Positions 49,461 to 61,450 of a stretch of DNA of 64,000 nucleotides are shown here, piece after piece. The number at the start of each line of letters is the position of its first letter. The first letter of the stretch is position 1. Where the stretch lies: the NCBI RefSeq assembly GCF_016432865.1, contig NC_067403.1, positions 250,666,001 through 250,730,000 of the forward strand, given 5' to 3'. Origin of the DNA: Antechinus flavipes. Its lineage: Eukaryota. The notes under the pieces were generated by a model. It saw nothing but the letters and a program-made list of their open reading frames with translations. It was not told the origin of the DNA and made no database searches. The translations under genes and the position numbers were made by a program.

Positions 49461-50260
49461 GTTTGCTGCAGTTTGCAGTTTGCCTCTTCTGCTCTTTTTA
49501 CACTTGAGGAAACAAGTAAACAGTGCACTTGAAGTTAGCAAGAACTGAATTTAAATCCAGTCTCAACAATTATTAATTGTAGGATCCTCAACTATACCCC
49601 TAACTTCCAATGGTCTCATTTTTCTCATCTTTAAAATAGCTATAATAATATTAAGACCTACCTTCCATGGTGGGTATGAGAATCCAATGAGATGTCATTT
49701 GTAAAATACTTTGCAAACACAATAATACAGCATGCACAAATTGACTATAAAGGACATATGACAAAAAATACTAGCTGTATCCAGAGAAAGAAATGATAAG
49801 TAAATGTATATACAGAATAATTTTACATATACATACATACATGCACATATATACAAGTCTATTTGTGTATATTGTGTATTATTTTTTTTTTTACTATCAC
49901 TATATGTTGAAACCTAGACAACTCATATAGGGTTAATAGGGATTTGCAAATAAAAACAGAGTGGGTTCTCACAGTCCTGCACTGTGTATCACAGAACACT
50001 TTAAGGGTCAAGGAAGTAAAGGATTGCAAATCACTCTCTGTTGTTATCTTACTTTTAAGCTGAAGTGTGTATGGGATATCCTGAAGATTTACAACAACAA
50101 GGATGTTTGAGGTAGAATGTCAGTATGAAGAAAAGAAAGAGACTATAAGAATCAAGAGTCTGTTAAGGTCCCTTTAATTTATCCACCTTTACCTAAGGAA
50201 AAGGTGTATACCTTACCTGGTTGCCCCAGTTATGAGGAAAAGGAAACATGATTATCTTAT

Positions 50261-50433
50261 GAGAAAGATAATCAGTTGAGGGGAACAGGTAGACAAGGCT
50301 TTGAGGCGCCCTTCCATAGAGGGCATTTTAAATATGGCAGAGAAGATATAAGTATAGGATGTAACTAAAAAAACAAAGCAGAGTAAAACTACAGTGGAAA
50401 TGGTGGCAAGGAGTACATGCTCAGTATCACGAA
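50261..50433 (-). pseudogene. 173-bp OR coding fragment (TM5 to start of TM6), copy of 51473-51645
   Basis: Gap-free alignment to the OR4 CDS with only a handful of substitutions; no start codon and no remainder of the gene. Confidence 0.95.
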
Positions 50434-51232
50434 TTTTATCTCACTTTTTATAAAGCCACAAAAGGATAATAGTTGAGTGCTTTCTAATCCCATTAACTTT
50501 ATCTGAAGGACTCATCTTTACCTAAATGAAAACAGTAAGAAAGTAACTTTGCATTTTGTATAAGACTTAAAGAAATCATTGCCTCTGTTAATTGCTCCCT
50601 CTGGATCTCTAATGTTATCAGCTTATCTAGGAGAAATCCATTCATTAGGGGTCCCTTGAAAAATGTCCATCCTTTCTTCAGAAACTCAAAACTGAAATGC
50701 AATAAAGTGTTTAGTAAATACACTCATAAAGAATGTTTTCGATGGGGGATCATGGAAGGCTCCATGAAGGTGGGTGGTGACAATTGAACTGAATTTTGAA
50801 ATAGAAGCACAGTTTAAAAAGCTAAGGTTGATAATTGTCTTTTCTGGCACACACACAAAAAAGAGTAACTTTAAAGATATCTAGCTGAGAAATCAAAGGT
50901 TATTCTTGGAAGAGAATTCTTCTATTATAATTCAGGATTATGCAATGAAATTTTGTTGCCCATGAGAAAACTCAATCTTCCTTTAACTTGTTTATTGATT
51001 TCAATTCTTTGTATCAGATCCATGGCAAAATAATTTATTAAATGCACATTGATTTATAGGGTCCCCCAAGATGTAAATAATTGAAAATATTTTAAATAAG
51101 CAATTCCTTTGATGAAATAAAACAATTGTCCAAGCTGAATGTTTTGGTGATTTATTTTTTTTTAATTTGTAGACAAAACAAGAAATTAATTTCATTTCAG
51201 ACTAATTATCTTGTTATCTTGGACATGAAATC

Positions 51233-52237
51233 TTATTCATACATTCTCTTACTTTTTATTGTTTCAAAGATGGACATTTCCTGCTTGGAAAAAAAAAAAG
51301 TTTTGATAATCCTACCCAGTGCTATCTTGATTTTCATGTTCCTCAAACTATAAATGATAGGATTCATAAATGGAGGCAATATTGTGTAAGTCATTGAAAT
51401 CAAAAGATTCTGCACTGGGGAAGTGTCTGATAAGGGACCTAAGACTGTGACCATGCCAGACAGAACAAATAAGAGAAAGATAATCAGTTGAGGGGAACAG
51501 GTAGACAAGGCTTTGAGGCGTCCTTCCACAGAGGGCATTTTAAATACGGCAGAGAAGATATAAGTATAGGATGTAACTAAAAAAACAAAGCAGAGTAAAA
51601 CTACAGTGGAACTGGTGGCAAGGAGTATATACTCAGTATCACGAACTTCAGAAGATGAGACCTTCAAGACATGAGGGATGTCACAAAAAAATTGATGGAT
51701 CATATTGGATCCTGAGAAAGGCAGACGGAACATGTTCCCTGTGTGTAGAGCTGAATAGATGAACGAACTAATCCATGAACCAGCTACCGCCCAAAGACAG
51801 CGGAATGGTGTCATGGTGACCCCATAGTGCAAGGGGTGGCAAATGGCCACAAAGCGGTCATAGGACATCGCCACAAGCAAAGCAAATTCTATTGCTGCAA
51901 AGAAGAGAAAGAAGAAAACCTGAGCAGCACAGCCCAGGAGAGAAATGGCTTGATTGCCTGTCAGGGAATTCACAATGAATTTGGGAAGAGTGACTGAGAT
52001 GCAGCCAAGATCTGACAGGGAAAGATTGCTCAGAAAAAAATACATTGGAGAGTGAAGGTGTGGGTCAGTGACAATGGCAGTGATAGTGAGGAGATTCCCC
52101 ATCACGGCTGCAATGTATATGAGCAAGAAAAGAATAGCATGCAAGACCTGCAGCTCTCGGATGTTGGAAAACTCCAAAAGGAAGAATTCCATGATGATGG
52201 TACAATTGCTCATGTCTTCTGGGCTCTTGTAATTCAT
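51233..52237 (-). CDS. Olfactory receptor, OR14-like (OR4, 334 aa)
   Basis: Intact ORF with all core OR motifs (MSYDRFVAICHPLHY, KALSTC, NPIIYSLRN). Confidence 0.96.
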   Translation of the reverse strand: MNYKSPEDMSNCTIIMEFFLLEFSNIRELQVLHAILFLLIYIAAVMGNLLTITAIVTDPHLHSPMYFFLSNLSLSDLGCISVTLPKFIVNSLTGNQAISLLGCAAQVFFFLFFAAIEFALLVAMSYDRFVAICHPLHYGVTMTPFRCLWAVAGSWISSFIYSALHTGNMFRLPFSGSNMIHQFFCDIPHVLKVSSSEVRDTEYILLATSSTVVLLCFVFLVTSYTYIFSAVFKMPSVEGRLKALSTCSPQLIIFLLFVLSGMVTVLGPLSDTSPVQNLLISMTYTILPPFMNPIIYSLRNMKIKIALGRIIKTFFFSKQEMSIFETIKSKRMYE

Positions 52238-54160
52238 CTTGTAATAACATGAGTAAGGGATAAGAAATTCTAGAAGGAGAGAATAGAAGCACTTTATTAC
52301 ATAGAAAAGTCATGATTCTTACTTACCATGTTAGAGAGGCAATAAAGATAGTTTTAAACCTTAATATGACCATCCTCTTGCAATCACATTCAATCCATCA
52401 AGTGAAAATGTATTCCTCACTGAACAAACTGGGCTTTCTTGAGTTGATTTAATTAATTGGACCTCATTTCCTAGATTAATTCCCTTTTGCAAGATGACCA
52501 ACATATCCCAATGCAAAATATGTATATGCATGCATACATACAGATAGATTATAGATGCTAAATAGGCCCTTTATTGAAAAAGTTGCATTGCTAGATACTG
52601 TGAATTGACTAAAACTTAAGTTTTCAGTAAGGCTTTCAGCATCTAGATACTATTTCACACACAAGTACATTTCCATTCTCTAGGTTGTCAATGCTCTGAA
52701 TGTGCTTTAAAGACTTTGATTTCCAATAGATAAAGTCTAGCTACCTCAAATCTATGTTCTTCCACCTGACTTAATTAAATTATTCATTTTTGATGTATTC
52801 ATTTTCTTAACACTAATCCCTATACCCAAAAACACACTCAGATATACCATTAAGTAGCCTTTTTCTTATTTTACTTTAAAAACTTGGATTATTTAGTTTA
52901 TTTCTCCCTCTATTTTTGGAGTATGTAAATTTTGATAATAGGTTATATAAACACAGTGACCAAAAAGCAAAAAGCCAAGGCATTGGAATGAGACTATCCA
53001 ACTTTCCCTTGTTATTTATATTGGAAATCATTATTTGCTCATAACATATATTTCATATCATACATGCATTCTCTAATACTAATGATGAGGTCTATGATTT
53101 TATCAAAGTAGGATAATACTAGGAGAGAAAATCTTTCCTGCAACTTCAGTGTTATCAACAAATAATAGTCTTAATGGTTTTAGGCACTGCAAAGTTAAGT
53201 GATTTAGGAAAGGCACAGCAGTTTCTGTCACAGTCTGCTTTTGAATTTCTTTCTACAAAGACATTTCTCTAACTAGTTTCCTGTTACCTAAAAACTATAA
53301 TGATTATATTAATTATAATAATAACTTATAGTCATTATTTTATTGACATACAACCTGTTAAAGACTTCTCAAAACACTTTATCCAAAGGAATTCATTTCA
53401 ATTATCCATAACCCTGAGAAAGGGAAAGAGTAGATTTTATCCTACTTTGAGGAAATTTTGTAAATTTCTCATAATATATATATCTAACCTGAGCTAGAGT
53501 TAGTGTCTATTTATATATGATAGCCAATAATAGCTAATATTTACCTGACACTATTTTGCAAAATATTTTACAAAGATTATGTTTATAGTTCAAACTCTCT
53601 GAGATCCTATAGATATTATTATGGATCAGAAATTGAAGCTCAGAAAGGGTAAATTAAATATACTCAATTACACAAGTTCTATATCCTAAAGGAAGAATTC
53701 AAGTTGCAGTTTTTCTAAATTCAAATCTACCACAACATAATGACTAGCTAATAGGTAATTCAAAATGCAGAGAATAATCCAGCCATACTTCTAACATCCA
53801 CTTAATTAACTAAACAAATTGGCAATTCAGATATGGAATATCAACTAAAATAACATTTGAGTGAAGAGTCATGGCATTTCTCCTTTCCAAAGTTTGTTTT
53901 AATTGTTTTTTTTACCCCTAAATCAAGGACAAAGATCCCATCTGTCCTTACCGTATTGGTTCTGTTCTCATTTGAAGCTTCAGAGAGCAAAAGGAGCTGA
54001 AACTGTACCATGTGAGGCTACTAGATTTTCTGAAATATTTGACCAACCTTATGTGAGTGGAACTATAATGTCCAATATCCTTTAGAGAAATATTTTCTGA
54101 AATTCCCAGGGGATCCAAAGTTATATTCTCATCCTTTTTAACCACAGATTCTCTGGTCTT

Positions 54161-54178
54161 TCCCTTGAGTATAATTAG
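54161..54178 (-). promoter_or_regulatory. Homeodomain + O/E composite motif upstream of OR4
   Basis: Reverse complement reads ctaattatactcaaggga. Confidence 0.7.
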
Positions 54179-57100
54179 TTAAGATAGAGGTCCTTTTACT
54201 AATAACATGGAGAAAGTTCTTCCTTTAAGGTTGTATGGTCCATTAGGACTTTTGTAGTCAATGAGGATTTTCTATTCAATCTGGTCCAAAATGCAAGTCC
54301 ACTTAAATTGGTTTCTTTTAAATGTACTTCAAAGAAGACTGATTTTCATGGGAAAAAATGTTGTGTGTGTCGATAGTCACATCTATCTGTCTATCTATAA
54401 TGTATATATGCATGTTTTTATATGCCAATATACATACTACATGTATATATGTATCTATATATAAGGCATATACATGTATGCATATACATAAATACGCATG
54501 CATTTTTATGTATACACACATATATCAGCATATGCATTCGTGTGTATATACTTTTTGAATGGGTTTTTTTTTTTTTCATATTCTTTCCCAAACTTAATAG
54601 AATGACTACTGCATGAGAGCAGTAACCATGTTTCTGACTTAAAGAGAACCCAGTGAAATAAACTTCCAATTCTTATACCTTCCTTGTTCTTGTTCCAATT
54701 TGTCCTTCACTCAGCTATTGTCTTGTTCTGACTGAGGCACAGATTGGATCTGTTATTCCTTATTTAAATAAACTTAACTTAATGATCCCTCAAATATACC
54801 CTTTTCATATAGCCAAAAAAGGATGGTAGATTCATTCCCTTCATTGCTCCCAAATTGCTCATTTCATTTTACTAGTACTTGCATGTATTTATATACATAC
54901 ACACACACACAAATGTATATATATATAAAAAATGTGTGTATGTATATGTATATATATGCACATATATAATACATATACACACATACATATACTTTGACCA
55001 AAATTCTACCTACTATCATTTCTTTAGTAACACATACAGATATGAATGAAATGACATGACGTATTTGTCACCCCCCAAAAAAATCCAAACATTTTTGGCT
55101 ACATAAAATAAATATATTATGTGTGTATACACTGTTATTTACACATATTTATACATATATAAATATATAATATACACAATAAATACATAAATACAAAGGA
55201 GATAACCAATGAGTAAAGCATAGTTAATTCTTTTCTTCCCTTACAGCCTATTGACTTTTACCACCTCTAAATACTGAAGTAAGTTAAATCAAACCCTTGG
55301 ACAAAAGAATTTGAAGGAGATTTTTATTCCTGAAAAGGAAGTCCAGAGACTTACAAGAGCAGAACCAAGATAGTGCAATAGAGAAAGCACTCAGCTGAGC
55401 CTTCCTATCATTTCCTGGGAAACAAATTTAAAATAATGCCTCCAATCAAATTCTAGACTGGCAGAGCTGACAAGAGGTCAAAGTGAGGCAGTCTTCCATA
55501 TTAAAACATCAGTGGAGTTTGGAAAAAGACACTTATGGTATGGGGTGGAAGCTGACCCAGAGAGCATGTAGATAAAATATCAGTGGTAGGACTTGCTGGT
55601 GATGACAGAAGCAAAAGTAACTTTGGGAGTTCCCAGAACAGAGATGGTAATGGACCTGACAACTGAAAGAAACTATAGGGGTCTTCAGTGCTAGCCCTGG
55701 ATGCAGGACCAAACACTGTTTGACAACTCCATTGCACATAACCATTTCTAAGTCCTAGTTCCTGAACAGAGAGGAGTATCTGTCAATAAGGAGTGGAAGC
55801 TGTGAGAGACAGTGTCACTTGAAGTCCCCAAATCTTCTAAGCACACCGAATTAGCTCTGAAAACATTTGTATATTGTTAAAATTAGTCCTCTTCTAAGTC
55901 CCTTATGTAGTTGAAATCTGGTCTTTGAATGTCTATATTTTTATTTATATTTGAATGTCTACTCAATGTCTATAATGCCGAGATCCTTTTCTCATTCAAT
56001 GAAAAACAAATGTAAGTCAAGATTGCCCCCTCCAATCCCACACAAAGGAGGTTTTCCATAAAAGTTTTATGATTGATTGACCTCATGAGAGCTCTGATAT
56101 CTTTTGCCTCATTTTACCTTTCAGAAGCCACTAAGGATAACTTAAGATATGTCACCTTGACTTTCTTAATGGTTCATCATTTAAAGGAAAGTTATTTGAA
56201 GATTCCCGCTTCAGCACTGGCAGAATTTGGGTTAGAGTCATGATAAATAGTAATGATAAATAAAACAATAACAAAAATTTCTCTTAAGATAGATTTATAA
56301 GCATTGTGAATCTAGACAATTTAGTAATGTGTTATCTGATCATCTATTCTTTTATCTTGGTTAATCCCACTCCTGAGTCCAATCCATTCTACAAAATTTC
56401 ATTCTGTTTCTACTTATGCAAGAAAATTCATAAGCATTGCTTTTTTAGCCTATAATTTTATCATTCTTGAAAACAAGGCTTTAATTAGAACCTTAGATGT
56501 AGGAAAAATCTCCTGTCTATTGATCATTCTAATCAAAATGGCCTTCAGCAGTTTCTCTTAGTTTTCTGCACAAATTGATGATTCCTTCCTATCTTTTTAA
56601 TCCCAATTTATCTAACATATCCTCTTTCAACATATTTAGAATGGTACCCCTGTTCTAGAGTAAGTAGGTGGTAGAATAGAATGCTAGACCTACAATCAAT
56701 TAAATCAAGTTTTAGACTCTTACTTAAGCTTTTATTTTGGGTTAGTTATTTAATCTCTGTCTACCTTAGTTTCTACACTCATAAAACAGGATAATAATTG
56801 TACCTACATGTACCTACATATCTTTGTTTCTTTCTTATTTTCTTTTCTTTTTTTCTTTTCTTTCTCTCTATCTTTCTCTTTCTCTCTCTCTCTCTTTCTT
56901 TTTCTTTCTTTTTTTCTTTTTATGATGAACATTTATATAGTATCTATTTTATATTAGATACATAATTAATACTGGTTGACTTGACTTGGCTGGATGCATA
57001 TATCTCCCTTGCATAAATCTGAGATTCACTCTTCAACAATCACAACATCATTGGGAAAAATGGGCACACACAAAATATACTAAAACAACCATGACTGTTT

Positions 57101-58470
57101 GATAACACATTTGGTCTTGGCGACCCACATCTCAATCATAGCATAGTCTTTTGACCCTTACTTTCTGAGCATATACTCCTATTGTTCCCTCTGGATGCAT
57201 GGTACCTTTTGGGAAGTTCAGTCATCAGGGTTTCCTAAGCCTGATTCTATCCTTAATTCATCTCCCAACAGGAAAGGTTGATTTCTTCCTCACTAACAGA
57301 ATTTTAATGACAGTCTGTTCTTGTTATATATGATGTTTCATCTTTGGCAAGTTGTTCTCGTAGAAAAGGATACTAGCAAAATAAAAGAAATGGTAAATTG
57401 AGAAATTCTCTTGTACCTCGTTTTTTATCTTCAGAATCTAAGACCATATTCTCCCTCAAGAATGGAGTTTATCTTTCATTACTAGATATCTTTTAAAATG
57501 CTAGAATTCACTGACATTCCTCAAAGTTGTCTCCTGAAAGCAATGATTTTTTTTTGATACTATTTTATTTTTCCAAATTCTTGTAAAGGTAGTTTTCAGT
57601 ATTCACTTTTGGAAAACTTTGTTCCAATCCAACGATTTTTAAAAATAATTTTATCTCACTTTTTATAAAGCTACAAAAGGATAATAGTTGAGTGCTTTCT
57701 AATCCCATTAAGTTTATCTGAAGGACTCATCTTTACATAGATATAACTAAAAAAACATCAGTAAGAAAGTAACTTTGCATTTTATATAAGACTTAAAGAA
57801 ATCATTGCCTCTGTTAGTTGCTCCCTCTGGATCTCTAATGTTATCAGCTTATCTAGGAGAAATGATTCATTAGAGGTTCCTTGAAAAATTTCCATCCTTT
57901 CTTGAGAAACTCAAAACTGAAATGCAATAAAGTGTTTAGTGAATGCACTCATAAAGAATGTTTTCAATGGGGGATCAAGGAAGGCTCCATGAAGGTGGGT
58001 GGTGACAATTGAACTGAATTTTGAAATAGAAGTACAGTTTAAAAAGCTAAGGTTGGTAATTGTCTTTTCTGGCACACACACAAAAAAGAGTAACTTTAAA
58101 GATATCTAGCTGAGAAGAAAGGTTATTCTTGGAAGAGAATTCTATTATAATTCAGGATTATGCAATGAAATTTTGTTGCCCATGAGAAAACTCAATCTTC
58201 CTTTAACTTGTTTATTGATTTCAATTCTTCATATCAGATCCATGACAAAATAATTTATTGAATGCACATAGATTTATAGGGTCCCCCAAGATGTAAATAA
58301 TTGAAAATATTTTAAATAAGCAATTCCTTTGATGAAATAAAACAATTGTCCAAACTGAATGTTTTGGTGATTTATTTTTTTTTTTAATTTGTAGCCAAAA
58401 CAAGAAATTAATTTCATTTTAGACTAATTATCTTGTTATCTTGGACATGAAGTCTTATTTATACATTCCC

Positions 58471-59460
58471 CTACTTTTTAATTGTTTCAAAGATGGACAT
58501 TTCCTTCTTGGGGAAAAAAAAAGTTTTGATAATCCTACCCAGTGCAATCTTGATTTTCATGTTCCTCAGACTATAAATGATAGGATTCATAAATGGAGGC
58601 AATATTGTGTAAGTCATTGAAATCAAAAGATTCTGTACTGGGGAAGTGTCTGATAAGGGACCTAAGACTGTGACCATGCCAGCCAGAACAAATAAAAGAA
58701 AGATAATCAGTTGAGGTGAACAGGTAGACAAGGCTTTGAGGCGCCCTTCCACAGAGGGCATTTTAAATACAGCAGAGAAGATATAAGTATAGGATATAAC
58801 TAAAAAAACAAAGCAGAATAAAACTACAGTGGAACTGGTGGCAAGGAGTATATATTCAGTATCACGAACCTCAGAAGATGAGACCTTCAAGACATGAGGG
58901 ATGTCACAAAAAAACTGATGGATCATATTGGATCCTGAGAAAGGCAAACGGAACATGTTTCCTGTATGTAGAGCTGAATAGATGAACGAACAAACCCATG
59001 AACCAATTGCCACCCAAAGACAGCGGAATGGTGTCATGATGACCCCATAGTGTAAGGGGTGGCAAATGGCCACAAAGCGGTCATAGGACATCGCCACAAG
59101 CAAAGTAAGCTCTGTCGCAGCAAAGAATATATAGAAGAAAACCTGAGCAGCACAGCCCAGGAGAGAAATGGCTTGATTGCCTGTCAGGGAATTCACAATG
59201 AATTTGGGAAGAGTGACTGAGATGCAGCCAAGATCTGACAGGGAAAGATTGCTTAGGAAAAAATACATTGGAGAATGAAGGTGTGGGTCAGTGACAATGG
59301 CAGTGATAGTGAGGAGATTCCCCATCAAGGCTGCAATATATATGAGCAAGAAAAGAATGGCGTGCAAGACCTGCAGCTCTCGGATACTGGAAAACTCCAT
59401 TAGGAAAAATTCCATGATGATGGTATAATTTCTCATGTCTTCTGGGCTCCTGTAATTCAT
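58471..59460 (-). CDS. Olfactory receptor, OR14-like (OR5, 329 aa from the ATG shared with OR3/OR4)
   Basis: Intact ORF. The ORF track extends it 25 aa to an ATG at 59535, but the equivalent ATG is out of frame in OR3 and OR4. Confidence 0.94.
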   Translation of the reverse strand: MNYRSPEDMRNYTIIMEFFLMEFSSIRELQVLHAILFLLIYIAALMGNLLTITAIVTDPHLHSPMYFFLSNLSLSDLGCISVTLPKFIVNSLTGNQAISLLGCAAQVFFYIFFAATELTLLVAMSYDRFVAICHPLHYGVIMTPFRCLWVAIGSWVCSFIYSALHTGNMFRLPFSGSNMIHQFFCDIPHVLKVSSSEVRDTEYILLATSSTVVLFCFVFLVISYTYIFSAVFKMPSVEGRLKALSTCSPQLIIFLLFVLAGMVTVLGPLSDTSPVQNLLISMTYTILPPFMNPIIYSLRNMKIKIALGRIIKTFFFPKKEMSIFETIKK

Positions 59461-61432
59461 CTTGTAATAACATGAGTAGGGGATACCAAATTCTAGAAGG
59501 AGAAATAGAAGCACTTTATTACATAGAAAAGCCATGATTCTTACTTACCATGTTAGAGAGGTAATCAGGATATTTTTTAAAACCCTTAATATGACCATCC
59601 TCCTGCAATCACATTCAATCCATCAAGTGAAAATGTATTCCTTACTGAACAAACTGGGCCTTCTTGAGTTGATTTATTTAATTGGACCTCTACTGACCTG
59701 CCCTATGTATATACATATTCACCTCACTACATTTCCTAGATTAATTCCCTTTTGCAAGATGACCAACATATCTCCATGCAAAATATATATATACATGCAT
59801 ACATACAGATAGATTATAGATGCTAAATAGGCCCTTTATTGAAAAAGTTGCATTGCTAGATACTATGAATTGACTAAAACTTAAGTTTTCAGTAAGGCTT
59901 TCAGCATCTAGATACTATTTCACACACAAGTACATTTCCATTCTCTAGGTTGTCAATGCTCTGAATGTGCTTTAAAGACTTTGATTTCCAATAGATAAAG
60001 TCTATGCTCCTCCACTTGACTTCATTAATTTAATTATTCAATTTTGATGTATTTCCTCTACTTAACACTAATCGTTACACACAAAAACACACTCAGATAT
60101 ACCGCTAAGTAGTCTTTTTCTTATTTTACTTTAAAAACTTGGATTATTTAGTTTATTTTTCCCTCTATTTTTGGAGTATGTAAATTTTGATAATAGGTTA
60201 TATAAACACAGTGACCAAAAAGCAAAAAGCCAAGGCATTGGAACGAGAATGTCCAACTTCCCCTTGTTATTTATATTGGAAATCATTATTTGCTCATAAC
60301 ATATATTTCATATCATACATGCATTCTCTACTACTAATGATGAGGTTTATGATTTTATCAAAGTAGGACAATACTAGGAGAGAAAATCTTTCCCACAACT
60401 TCAGTGTTATCAACAAATAATAGTCTTAATGATTTTAGGCACTGCAAAATTAAGTGATTCAGGAAAGGCACAGCAGTTTCTGTCACAGTCTGCTTTTAAA
60501 TTTCTTTCTGCAAAGACATTTCTCTAACTAGCTTCCTGTTACCTAACAATGATAGTGATTATATATTAATTATAATAATAACTTATAATCATTATTTTAT
60601 TGGCACACAACCTGTTCATAGAAAGACTTCTCAAAACACTTTATCCAAAGGAATTCATTTCACTTATCCATAACTCTGAGAAAGGAAAAGGGTCTTATCC
60701 CACTTGGATGAAATTTTGTGAATTTTTCACAATCTGCATATCTAACCCGAGCTAGAGTTAGTGTCTGTTTATGTATGATAGACAATTATAACTAATATTT
60801 ACCTGATACTATTTTACAAAATATTTTACAAAGTTCATGTTCACAGTTCAAACAAACTCTCTGAGATCCTGTGGATATTATACCTATATTATGGATCAGA
60901 AATTGAAGCTCAGAGAAAGTAAATTAAATATACTCAGTTCCATAGGTGCTATATCCTAAAGGAAGAATTCAAGTTGCAGTTTTTCTAAATTCAAATCTAC
61001 CACACACAAATCTACCTGGCTAATAGGTAATTCAAAATGCAGAGAACAATCCATCCATATGTCTAACATCCGCTTAATTAACTAAACAAATTGGCAATTC
61101 AGATATGGAATATCAACTAAAATAACATTTGAGTGAAGAGTCATGGCATTTCTCCTTTCCAAAGTTTGTTTTAATTGCTTTTTTGACCCCTAAATCAAGG
61201 ACAAAGATCCCATCTGTCCTCACCGTATTGGTTCTGTTCTCATTTGAAGCTTCAGAGAGCAAAAGAAGCTGAAACTGTACCATGTGAGGCTACTAGAGTT
61301 ACTGAAATATCTGATCAACCTTATGTGAGTGGAACTATAATGTCCAATATCCTTTAGAGAAATATTTTCTGAAGTTCTCAGGGGATCCAAAGTTGTATTC
61401 TCATCCTTTTTAATCGCAGATTCTCTGGTCTT

Positions 61433-61450
61433 TCCCTTGAGTATAATTAG
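61433..61450 (-). promoter_or_regulatory. Homeodomain + O/E composite motif upstream of OR5
   Basis: Reverse complement reads ctaattatactcaaggga. Confidence 0.7.

Larger units (their letters stand above)
50432..57647 (-). repeat. About 7.2-kb tandem duplication unit carrying OR4 (paralog 57648-64000+)
   Basis: Homology starts at aattttatctcacttttt (about 50432 and about 57648) and is collinear to the window end, except for the ERV replacement at 62208-63518. Confidence 0.93.

Noticed and set aside
53870-54150. ORFs at 53903-54145, 61220-61561 and 35652-35919 conserved among OR units
   Set aside because: Conservation reflects duplication of OR upstream DNA; frames and stops differ between copies. 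They could include non-coding 5' exons, but I found no conserved splice donor.
59461-59535. 25-aa hydrophobic N-terminal extension of OR5 resembling a signal peptide
   Set aside because: The equivalent ATG is out of frame or stops early in OR3 and OR4, and the stretch looks like an intronic polypyrimidine tract before the acceptor.
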